Source of the DNA: Promethearchaeota archaeon
GTDB taxonomy: Archaea > Asgardarchaeota > Lokiarchaeia > Sigyniarchaeales > SOKP01
Length of the DNA: 64,000 nucleotides
Assembly (NCBI GenBank): GCA_019058445.1
Contig: JAHPZA010000003.1
Coordinates: 282,810-346,809, forward strand
Reading direction: 5' to 3'
The notes under the pieces were generated by a model. That model ran no database searches, was not told where the DNA came from, and worked only from the letters and a program-made list of their open reading frames with translations. Below, piece by piece: positions 49,307-58,131 of this stretch (the first letter of the stretch is position 1; the number at the start of each line of letters is the position of its first letter). The position numbers and the translations under genes are program-made.

Positions 49307-49420
49307 TTATCATTTAAATCTTAGTTCCATGAAAAATACAAATCTTCGACAGTTAGGGCAATAATAGTATCCACTCGTATTCTCTTGTATTGTATGTCCA
49401 CACTTTTGGCATATTATCAT
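49307..49420 (-). CDS. Zinc-ribbon microprotein, candidate C-terminal selenocysteine (36 aa + U)
   Basis: MIICQKCGHTIQENTSGYYYCPNCRRFVFFMELRFK-TGA-TAA. Aligns without gaps to the 46119-46271 paralog, with TGA opposite Cys39; SECIS core 50 nt after the TGA. Confidence 0.7.
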
Positions 49421-49663
49421 ATGGTATCATTTAGTTGATAATTTGACATCTTTTAAAGTTTAATTTTATATTTTAAATATTAATTAGCAAATCATATTTA
49501 TATATATAAATCCGAGAAAAAAGTCGCTTTTTTCAGATGAAAACACGTACATAAAATTGCGTAATTAAATTTATATTATCCAACCCTATTATTATATCAA
49601 TTCCTAAAAGTATAATGCATTGAAATATTATCTAAAATATTAACAGAAAGGGGTTGTTTTTTT

Positions 49664-50416
49664 ATAAATATCGTTAAAATAATCGTTGACGGATTTGGTG
49701 GAGTAGGAAAGACAACCTTACTCAAAAAACTCGAGTACGGAATCTTCGACCCAGATACAAGGTTAACGATCGGATGCGATTTTTTTGCTAAAAAAACAAA
49801 CCTTTTTGGACATAGTGTAACTGCACAATTTTGGGATTTAGTAGGAGCAGCCCGATTTAATTTTTTGCGACCAATTTGTTATAAGGGAGCAAATTGTATT
49901 GTTTTAGTGGCAGACCTCACGAGACCAATCACTTTTGAGCGAATTGATTATTTTATTGAAGTCGCAAAAAAAGCTAATATTAATCCTAATCAAATTATTT
50001 TAGTAGGAGCCAAAACAGACTTATTTTATGAAAGAAGCGTTGACTCCCTTTATTTATCAACAATTTTAGAAAAGCTTGGCATATCCGAATCCGTAGAAAC
50101 ATCGGCAAGAAATAACCATAATTTAGAGGAATTATTTGAATTAGCTACTGCCTTGGCAATGTATCACAAGGGAATGATTACTGAAAATGAATATATCTTT
50201 ATGAAAGAAGAAGTTAAACAGAGAATTAAAGAACCAGTGCCCGAACCATATGAAAAATTAATAAGAAAATGCTGGAAGTGTGGAAGATCGTTATTCTTTC
50301 ACGAATTTTGCGATTCTAATAATAAAATTTATAATGAAGAGAGATTATTAGAATTATGGGAAAATCCTGTTCTTGAATTTTATTGCTGTGCTTGTTATAA
50401 AGAGCTAACTTCTTAA
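49664..50416 (+). CDS. Rab/Ras-like small GTPase with C-terminal Cys-rich (zinc-binding) domain; probable non-canonical start
   Basis: The frame upstream of the listed ORF carries VKIIVDGFGGVGKTT, TIGCDF, FWDLVGA; then GAKTD, ETSAR; C-terminal CWKC...CCAC. No ATG/GTG/TTG lies between the stop at 49613 and 49865; ATA at 49664 follows GAAAGGGGT. Confidence 0.8.
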   Translation: MNIVKIIVDGFGGVGKTTLLKKLEYGIFDPDTRLTIGCDFFAKKTNLFGHSVTAQFWDLVGAARFNFLRPICYKGANCIVLVADLTRPITFERIDYFIEVAKKANINPNQIILVGAKTDLFYERSVDSLYLSTILEKLGISESVETSARNNHNLEELFELATALAMYHKGMITENEYIFMKEEVKQRIKEPVPEPYEKLIRKCWKCGRSLFFHEFCDSNNKIYNEERLLELWENPVLEFYCCACYKELTS

Positions 50417-50441
50417 TTCTTAATTACTCAAAAAAAAAAGC

Positions 50442-51209
50442 TTAATCATTTAAAATTTGTTTAACAATTTTCTCCATTTCAATAAGACTCGGAGACTCAT
50501 CTAATAGTTCAATTATAGGTTTACCTTCCAAATCATAATTCGTAATATTTTGATCATCCGGTATCTGTCCGATTATGGGTAAGTTTAATTCATTTAATTT
50601 CTTATAAATAATCTCTATGTTCCCTTTTACTTTATTAATAATAACTCCTATTTTTTTGTAGCTTGTGAACTTTTTAGCACTCTTCCTAATGGAATTAGCG
50701 GTTTCAATGCTTCTTAAAGAGATATCAGTGACAATTATTATGAAATCGACGGATTTTAAGACCATTCGATTAATTTGCTCAAGTCCTGCTTCGCAATCGA
50801 TTAAGATAATATTAAAATCTTTCGTAATTGATTCTAATACTTTTCTTAATAGAGTATTTGAAGGACAAAAACATCCCGGTCCCTCCGGCTGTCCAATTGA
50901 AAATAAGCAAAAATTTTTACTTTCAGCCATCCCTTCATATACATCAAAATCAATTCTTTCTGCGAGTTTTTGAGTATCTTCACTTTTACTGTGGGCTTGT
51001 CTTACAGCATTAAGTCTAATTTGTTCAAGACTCTTCTCAGGAGTAAGTTTTACCATACTACATAAATGAGGGTGAGTCGGATCGGCATCAATTAACAGCA
51101 TCTTATAATCATATAATTGAGTAATTATTTTAGCCATTAGAGTTGTAAGTACGGTTTTACCAACTCCTCCCTTTCCTGTTACGGCAATTGTAAGTGGATT
51201 AGCTTTCAT
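50442..51209 (-). CDS. CooC/AcsF-type Ni-insertion ATPase
   Basis: GKGGVGKT, IDADP, GPGCFC, DCEAGLE. Confidence 0.88.
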   Translation of the reverse strand: MKANPLTIAVTGKGGVGKTVLTTLMAKIITQLYDYKMLLIDADPTHPHLCSMVKLTPEKSLEQIRLNAVRQAHSKSEDTQKLAERIDFDVYEGMAESKNFCLFSIGQPEGPGCFCPSNTLLRKVLESITKDFNIILIDCEAGLEQINRMVLKSVDFIIIVTDISLRSIETANSIRKSAKKFTSYKKIGVIINKVKGNIEIIYKKLNELNLPIIGQIPDDQNITNYDLEGKPIIELLDESPSLIEMEKIVKQILND

Positions 51210-51238
51210 TTTATGTTTAGAATGGTTTTTTTAATTTA

Positions 51239-52003
51239 TTACTCCCCCATTTTACTTCGTTCCTCCAAAACTTCCTTAACTTCCTCACATATATCATAAT
51301 ATGGACATACCTCACATTCCCAATCATAGTCGCAATCTATTCTTTTCTTCCATTTCTCTATTTTATCTTTCCATTTTAAGTCAATATACTTACGGATATC
51401 AGATGTGATTTCAATAAATTTATCTATTAACTCCGGATATGAATTAATAAAAATTACTTCGATAGAGGTGATTAATTCCTTAAAATATTGCTTATATAAG
51501 TGGATAATGGCTTTTCCTAATAATTCAAAAGAGAACTTTTTTTTTACGCTTTCACTAATACGACACCAAAATCTTCTTGGGATGGTACGGATCATAAAGC
51601 CTTCAATCCCGCTCGAGATAAAACTAAGATGTCTAAGCGCATCAAATTCTTTTTCACTTATCTTTGTAGAACCAATTAATATGAAAATTCCAAAATCAAT
51701 TGACTGTTCTGAGATTTCATTTATTTCCGGACCAATTAAAGTGATTATTCCATCTTGAATATGGGCTATTTCATAATAAGGATATACTAATGAGAAAGAT
51801 TTCTTATTTATGCCCCCTAATTCAAGGCCTGTTTCTTCTTTTAAAATAATTTCTTTAAAACCATCTAATTCTACACCTATCTTCATTTTTTTAAAGTAAG
51901 TAGAGAGTTCTGAAGTCTTTTCATAAACACTAACCTTCTTTCCAGCATTAGCTTCCTTTTCTATAAATTCTCTAATCCTTTCTATTGCTTTTGAGTTTTC
52001 CAC
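51239..52003 (-). CDS. Acetyl-CoA synthase beta subunit (CdhC)-related protein with C-terminal Cys cluster
   Basis: ELGG..SF.LV, DG.ITLIGPEI, IEGFMIR..WCRIS resemble the ACS middle domain; CDYDWECEVCPYYDIC; adjacent to the CooC-like gene. Confidence 0.65.
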   Translation of the reverse strand: MENSKAIERIREFIEKEANAGKKVSVYEKTSELSTYFKKMKIGVELDGFKEIILKEETGLELGGINKKSFSLVYPYYEIAHIQDGIITLIGPEINEISEQSIDFGIFILIGSTKISEKEFDALRHLSFISSGIEGFMIRTIPRRFWCRISESVKKKFSFELLGKAIIHLYKQYFKELITSIEVIFINSYPELIDKFIEITSDIRKYIDLKWKDKIEKWKKRIDCDYDWECEVCPYYDICEEVKEVLEERSKMGE

Positions 52004-52067
52004 TATTTATTATAAACCTTTTTTACCTTTTAAATTGCCTTATTTAAATTTAATTTTGATTTAACTA

Positions 52068-53993
52068 TTATTCAAAGATTTCATGGAGAACTCTTCCTTG
52101 AGAATCCTTAGGTTTTGGAATTTTAAGATAATGGGCAAAAGTGGGGGCCAAATCGATTAAGTCCACGAAATCTTTCAATTCAATACCCTTTCTTATATTT
52201 GGACCTGTTATAATTAGTGGAACGCTATTTGAGTAATTTCCGAACTTTTCATTCGGTAAATAATAAGCATGAGCTCCAAAACAGTTTTTTGCTGGAGAAA
52301 TAACAGGTTCTCCCATATATTTTCTTGAAATTTCCGATGGATTGAGTTGTTCTAAAATTTCATCATAAATTTGATAAGGTGGATTTAAAAAATAAATCAC
52401 ATCTCCCACTCTATTTCCGTTTAATCCTAAGTAATTGGCTTCTTCCCTTTTAAGAGCAAGTTTTATAACTTTGTCTCCAGTCTGAGGATCTTTCAAATTT
52501 GTTAGAGCATCAATGATATTATCTCTTACTGATTCATATTCTGCAGAAGTTACTATACCTTGGGGATCCCTTCCCTTTAAATTTACCCAAATAAAAGGAG
52601 GTTCAACATAAGGAAATGCATACGTCTTTTCCCAGTCTATGATATATTTTTTTTGAGCTTCATTCCACTTATAACTTAATAATCCGGCGTTCATTAAAAC
52701 AAACGGAATATTGACGATCTTCCATGCGGGCATAGCACCATGATCAGATACAAATATCGTAATCGTTTCGTTATCTACACAAGAATTAAGTAAGTCCCCT
52801 ACTAAGTCATCGATAATTTTATAAGCTATCTCAACATTTCTACTCGCTCTTTGGAAGTTATCTTCGGAAAATATAGGTGAATTCTTATGCAAAAATGCTA
52901 ATTCTTTATGATTAACGCTATCTAAAAGATGGACATGAAAGTAGCAAACATTCCAATTTAACTGGGTCTTAGCGTATTTAATTGCGTTTTGTAATGTTAA
53001 AGCCTCTTTTCGGGCATAAGTTAAATAAGACTCAACTTTACCTTCAATTTTGTACTCAATTTCTTGAATTTTTGGAGCAAGATCATAACTTATAACATTT
53101 TTAATTAAATCTTCACCTAATTCATCGGGTTTCGTCCAACCTTTAGTATTATAGATAGAAGTGGTTTGAATCTTTATTGAAGTACCCTCCTTAGAAAGCT
53201 CTAAGATTTTAATTTTAAATAAACAAGGTAAAACTCCATAATTTGTTGAAATTTCTGATTTTATCCAATCACTCCAGCCATTTTTCTTAATTATGATCCA
53301 TTGATTATTTTTTTCATTAAGGATTGACAGAGAATCATAACCTTGACCATTAGAACTAGTAATATAACCGGATAAAACAGTTTTTTCAGGCGTGTTCACA
53401 GGAGTCATATCAACACTTATTTGAAGTGGATCTTGTTCATTTTTAGGCATTTCGACATTATTCTTAACTTTCAAGATTCTTTTTGATAATATTTCTGAAT
53501 CGCTTGAAAATTCGAAAAATAGGGGGTATGATATTACTCTTGGAAATGATTTATAAATTTGAAAGTCACCAGTAAATTGCCATATGAGCAGACTCATCGC
53601 ACCATTTTTAAAATTAGCTGGCCATCCACTGGGATAATTTATGACAAATGGAGTATATCCACTCCTATCTGCAACATCCCAAAGGTATTCTGCTTTGCAG
53701 AATCTCGATAATTGAGTTCGTGACCTATGGCGTAAACCAAGCTCAAATGGATCACCTGGAATATGGACATAGAAACTTGTGGCACCATGGACTGCTGTCG
53801 TTGTTCCAGTAGCTATCGTCGTCCAGTTTGTAGGAGTATCACAGGGAGGACAAGAGTATGCCACGGTATATATTCCCTCCTCTACAAGTTGACTAATATT
53901 AGGCAAACTACCTTCATTCATAAATTTCTTAACAAGGTAAGGTATTGCCTGGTCAACACCAATTAATAATAGCTTTTTTCGCTTGGAAGTCAT
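52068..53993 (-). CDS. Type I phosphodiesterase/nucleotide pyrophosphatase (alkaline phosphatase superfamily)
   Basis: LIGVDQA, TPTNWTTIATG, DSVNH, VSDHG, VNLKGRDPQG, DLAPT. Confidence 0.85.
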   Translation of the reverse strand: MTSKRKKLLLIGVDQAIPYLVKKFMNEGSLPNISQLVEEGIYTVAYSCPPCDTPTNWTTIATGTTTAVHGATSFYVHIPGDPFELGLRHRSRTQLSRFCKAEYLWDVADRSGYTPFVINYPSGWPANFKNGAMSLLIWQFTGDFQIYKSFPRVISYPLFFEFSSDSEILSKRILKVKNNVEMPKNEQDPLQISVDMTPVNTPEKTVLSGYITSSNGQGYDSLSILNEKNNQWIIIKKNGWSDWIKSEISTNYGVLPCLFKIKILELSKEGTSIKIQTTSIYNTKGWTKPDELGEDLIKNVISYDLAPKIQEIEYKIEGKVESYLTYARKEALTLQNAIKYAKTQLNWNVCYFHVHLLDSVNHKELAFLHKNSPIFSEDNFQRASRNVEIAYKIIDDLVGDLLNSCVDNETITIFVSDHGAMPAWKIVNIPFVLMNAGLLSYKWNEAQKKYIIDWEKTYAFPYVEPPFIWVNLKGRDPQGIVTSAEYESVRDNIIDALTNLKDPQTGDKVIKLALKREEANYLGLNGNRVGDVIYFLNPPYQIYDEILEQLNPSEISRKYMGEPVISPAKNCFGAHAYYLPNEKFGNYSNSVPLIITGPNIRKGIELKDFVDLIDLAPTFAHYLKIPKPKDSQGRVLHEIFE

Positions 53994-54028
53994 TGTAAAT
54001 CGCTTATAAAATTTATAAGATACGTTTT

Positions 54029-55582
54029 TTAAGGTTCCACATCATCTTTTAAAAAGATTTCTTTTGGAGCATAATTTACATCATGGAAACTTAACCTTTG
54101 ATTGAACTCATTTAGTCGAGTTAAAAAAGATTGATAGTCTTTTTTTATCTTTAATGACCACCCCGTTTCTGCTACGGCGCTTAACCGTGGAAAGGCCTGA
54201 AACTCTAACCGTTTACTATCTTTAACATATTCAGCCCATACGCAAGCTTCAAGTCCTAATACATTTTGATGAAACTTATTTTCTAAATCATCAGGAATCG
54301 GATCATATTCATAAGTCCTATGAAGTGGGGTTCTCGAATAAGGATAATTTAAATATACTGCCCGCATTTCCGACATTACAATTTTCCGCCCTTTTCTAGC
54401 ATTATCCAGAACTTCATCAAATTTCTCATTCCAATAATGACAAATTGCATTATCTGCTAATTTATCATTTAGGATTTCATTCCAGCCCATCAATCTACGA
54501 CCGTTAGATTCTAAATAGTTGGCAATCCTATTCGTGAAATAAACTTGAAGTTCTTCTTCAGATTGAAGCCCTTCTTTAGAAATTCTGGCTTGACAATCAG
54601 CGCATTTTTTCCATCTCCTTTTAGGAACCTCATCGCCTCCAGTATGAATAATTTTAGAAGAAAAGACCTCCATTACCTCGTCTAATACATTTTGCACAAA
54701 GTCAAATACTTTTTCTTTTCCTACGCATAAAATTTCTTTATGAATTCCGAAATGTGTACTTACTTCAAAAGGTCCACCTGTACAGCTCAATTCCGGATAT
54801 GATGCGAGAACTGCCGTCACATGACCTGGGACATCTATTTCTGGATTAATGGTAATATATCGATCAGAAGCATATTCTATAATTTCCTTTATTTCATCTT
54901 GGGTATAAGACCCTGATATAGGAATTCCATCAATTTTCCTCAGAGAGATATTAGTTCCTTTCCTTTTAGAGCCAATTTCTATGAGACGGGGGTATTTTTT
55001 TATTTCTATTCGCCAACCTTGATCATCAGTTAAATGCCAATGAAATATATTAAATTTTAAACTGGCCATAATGTCAAGCATTTTTTTTACCGTATCCTTG
55101 CCAAAGAAATGCCTTGACTCATCCAACATAAATCCTCGCCAAGAAAATCGAGGAAAATCATCAATACTTACGCATGGAATACTCCATTCCATAGTTATTT
55201 TAGAAGGACTCTCAATCTCAATAGGAAATAATTGTCGTAGGGTTTGAATCCCATAAAAAACACCTTGGGGGGTAGTTCCCGATATTATTATCTTATCTGG
55301 ATCAGCTTCAAGAGTATATCCTTCAGGATTTGGTGAGCTTTCATTTTCCTCAACATTAAGAATAATAAGATTGATATCTTCCTCATTCTTGTTCAAGCTC
55401 TTTATAGCTAATTCAAATCCAGTTGCTGGAGCTATAAGTTCTTTTAAATATTCTGCTTGTTTTTTTAAAGTTGGAACTGTAGCAATAACAGTCTTATTAT
55501 TGAGAATAAATTGACCTTGTTTTACATCAATTCTTTTTGGTTTCGGGATGATTGAAATTCCTTCATTTGATTTGGGTTCCAT
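54029..55582 (-). CDS. Beta-N-acetylhexosaminidase (GH20)
   Basis: IIPKP, DFPRFSWRGFMLDESRHF, FHWHLTDDQGWR, HTGGDE, WAEY. Start moved to ATG 55582; no signal peptide. Confidence 0.95.
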   Translation of the reverse strand: MEPKSNEGISIIPKPKRIDVKQGQFILNNKTVIATVPTLKKQAEYLKELIAPATGFELAIKSLNKNEEDINLIILNVEENESSPNPEGYTLEADPDKIIISGTTPQGVFYGIQTLRQLFPIEIESPSKITMEWSIPCVSIDDFPRFSWRGFMLDESRHFFGKDTVKKMLDIMASLKFNIFHWHLTDDQGWRIEIKKYPRLIEIGSKRKGTNISLRKIDGIPISGSYTQDEIKEIIEYASDRYITINPEIDVPGHVTAVLASYPELSCTGGPFEVSTHFGIHKEILCVGKEKVFDFVQNVLDEVMEVFSSKIIHTGGDEVPKRRWKKCADCQARISKEGLQSEEELQVYFTNRIANYLESNGRRLMGWNEILNDKLADNAICHYWNEKFDEVLDNARKGRKIVMSEMRAVYLNYPYSRTPLHRTYEYDPIPDDLENKFHQNVLGLEACVWAEYVKDSKRLEFQAFPRLSAVAETGWSLKIKKDYQSFLTRLNEFNQRLSFHDVNYAPKEIFLKDDVEP

Positions 55583-55785
55583 AATATCCACTAATATAAA
55601 GTATAAAGTAAATTTTGAATTAATTATGGATTTTATTTTTAAAATTAATATTTTTCCTTTTAATTTCAAAAAACTAATATATTAAAGAAATCGACTCGAT
55701 TAGCTAACATAATTAATCCTAAATATTATATATAATGAAAATTAATCTAAAATTATCATTTTAGCTAATTTTTAAGGGATAATAA

Positions 55786-56634
55786 ATGTGTAAATTTTGT
55801 AGGAAACATGCAAAAGAGCATGGAAAGTGGTATCTTAACCCAGAAGGATATACTGAAGAACTATTTTACAAATTGAATTTATTAGATAGAATTTTAGGAA
55901 GAAAACCAAAAAAAGTAAGAGACGCATACAAAAGCGCCGATGCTGCTTGGTATCCCTTGGATATCTCAAAACAACTTGAATTAGTTGATTTAGCTAGTAA
56001 ACCCGTGTTAGGGAAATTAGTCAGGATGATAGGCAATCATATTGCAATCAAATCTCATTCAGGACAAGTAGTTCCCACGGAAGATGCCCTCAAAATTGTA
56101 GATTTAAGCCATGATCATGCTGTTTATCCTTGTATGTGTAAAAGACTTTTTAAAGGACAAGATGAATACAAGTGTCTAAACTTTGCTCCTATCACAGACA
56201 TAACGAGACACACTCCAAGACATTGGAAAGAAAAAAGACTCAGCCCAGAAGAAGCCAAAGCATGGTTACAAGACTTTTCAGATAAAGGATATGTCCATGC
56301 GGTGTTCTGGTGGTGCGATATGCCTCAGGCAATTTGTATTTGTAATTGTGACAATAAATATTGCTATGCATCCAGACCAAAGAATTGGTATGATATAACA
56401 AACGTGTATCGTAGAGCAGAATACGTAGCTGAGGTCGATCCAGATGAATGCATCAGTTGTGGCAAATGTCAAGAAAGATGCCAATTTGGCGCAATCAGCT
56501 ATGATTCTAATGGACGAGCTCAAGTAGATCCTAGAATTTGCTTTGGTTGTGGTCAATGTCGGGGCGTGTGCGAACAAAATGCCTTAAAACTTGTAGATAG
56601 AAATACCCACACAATCGCAAAGAAAATTTGGTAA
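55786..56634 (+). CDS. 4Fe-4S ferredoxin-domain protein
   Basis: CMCK, ICICNCD, and two CxxCxxCxxxC motifs at the C-terminus. Confidence 0.85.
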   Translation: MCKFCRKHAKEHGKWYLNPEGYTEELFYKLNLLDRILGRKPKKVRDAYKSADAAWYPLDISKQLELVDLASKPVLGKLVRMIGNHIAIKSHSGQVVPTEDALKIVDLSHDHAVYPCMCKRLFKGQDEYKCLNFAPITDITRHTPRHWKEKRLSPEEAKAWLQDFSDKGYVHAVFWWCDMPQAICICNCDNKYCYASRPKNWYDITNVYRRAEYVAEVDPDECISCGKCQERCQFGAISYDSNGRAQVDPRICFGCGQCRGVCEQNALKLVDRNTHTIAKKIW

Positions 56635-56912
56635 AGGTGAAATTCAATATGGTTAAATTCCAATTCGATCCAACTAAGTGCATATTACCTTATGATGCCA
56701 AAGAACTCCGCCCCACAAAATGTTTGAAATGTTTAGAGGTGTGTCCTGGGTCATTATTGATGTTTCGTCCCCTAAAAGAAAAGGACGAGAACGGAGCTCC
56801 TAAGTTTTTTGAAATTCATATGCTCTTCAAAGCTTATAGCAAAAAATATTGTCCTGATTGCTTCAAATGCGTTGAAATTTGTCCCGAGCAAGCTATAAAA
56901 ATTATTATCTGA
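56628..56912 (+). CDS. Small ferredoxin-like protein
   Basis: CLKCLEVCP and CPDCFKCVEICP; probable start ATG 56649. Confidence 0.8.
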   Translation: MVKVKFNMVKFQFDPTKCILPYDAKELRPTKCLKCLEVCPGSLLMFRPLKEKDENGAPKFFEIHMLFKAYSKKYCPDCFKCVEICPEQAIKIII

Positions 56913-56915
56913 AAA

Positions 56916-58007
56916 TTATTTGTTTAAGATCTTTTTGGTGTATTCTCCTATTTTTTGAAATGCTTCATCTGCTTCTGGTAACTGATGTAAACCAAAGCCT
57001 TGAAATACATGGACCATTTCATCCCACGATTGTAATTCAATATCCACACCTGCCTTTTTAGCTCGTTCATAAAATCGTTTAATCTCACTATAAAGAATTT
57101 CACAAGAACTTGCTTGGATTAATATGGGTGGTAATCCCTTTAAATCTCCAAATAAAGGGGAAATCAAAGGATCTTGAGAATTAGCTCCTGCAATATAAAT
57201 ATAAGGCCACCAAAAAATTCCAAGATCTGCTAAAATTGGGTCTGTTTCTCCATTTTTAATAGATAAATCATCTAGACGTGAAATATCTTCTACATATGAA
57301 AGATCAGTGGCTGGTGAGATTGGTATTGCTCCAGCAGGTAAAGGTATTCCATCATCTCGTAATTTTATAAGACTTGAGAGTGTTAAATTTCCCCCTGCTG
57401 AATCTCCTGCTATTATTATATTTTCGGGTTTTATATCATTGGATAACAACCATTTATAAGCCGCAACACAATCTTCCACTGCTGCTGGGAATGGATGCTC
57501 TGGCGCAAGCTTATAATCAACACTTAGAACCCGCATTTTAGTTACCTTGGCCAATTCAAGGGTTAGTAATCGACAGGTATTTGGAGATCCCATAATCCAT
57601 CCACCTCCATGGAAATACAATAAGACTCTTTCTTTATGCGCCCCAGGTACGGTTTGCCACTCAGCGGGGATTTCATTGATTACGATTTTCTCAATTTTTA
57701 CATCATCGGGTATTGGAGTCTTTTTTTGTTCTAAACTTGCACCATAATCGAATCCATGCCTAAGCAAGTTTACCATAAAGCGTCTTTCTTTTTCCGTTAA
57801 TAAATTAGTTAATTCTTCAACATTTTTCTCTTTTTTAAAAAACAATTCATTTGCGTCCGTGATTTTCTTATAAAGTGTCTGGAAATTAAATTCTTTATTC
57901 TCTTCTCTGCTTAAAAATTCCAAAATTCCAGTCATTTGCTCTTTAAAACCATCATCATAAATTTTAAGAACATCTGGTCGAATTTTTTTTCTATTTAAAA
58001 TAGGCAT
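56916..58007 (-). CDS. Alpha/beta hydrolase, HSL family esterase/lipase
   Basis: HGGGW, LAPEHPFPA, GDSAGG, HVFQ. Confidence 0.92.
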   Translation of the reverse strand: MPILNRKKIRPDVLKIYDDGFKEQMTGILEFLSREENKEFNFQTLYKKITDANELFFKKEKNVEELTNLLTEKERRFMVNLLRHGFDYGASLEQKKTPIPDDVKIEKIVINEIPAEWQTVPGAHKERVLLYFHGGGWIMGSPNTCRLLTLELAKVTKMRVLSVDYKLAPEHPFPAAVEDCVAAYKWLLSNDIKPENIIIAGDSAGGNLTLSSLIKLRDDGIPLPAGAIPISPATDLSYVEDISRLDDLSIKNGETDPILADLGIFWWPYIYIAGANSQDPLISPLFGDLKGLPPILIQASSCEILYSEIKRFYERAKKAGVDIELQSWDEMVHVFQGFGLHQLPEADEAFQKIGEYTKKILNK

Positions 58008-58131
58008 TATTTAATCTACCTCGAATAATTTTAGAATTTATACTTATAAATTTGAATTAACTTCAATTGCTTATAATTTTTTATTTAACAATAGGAAAAA
58101 AAAAAAGTAAGTAAAATTAAATTAAATTGAA

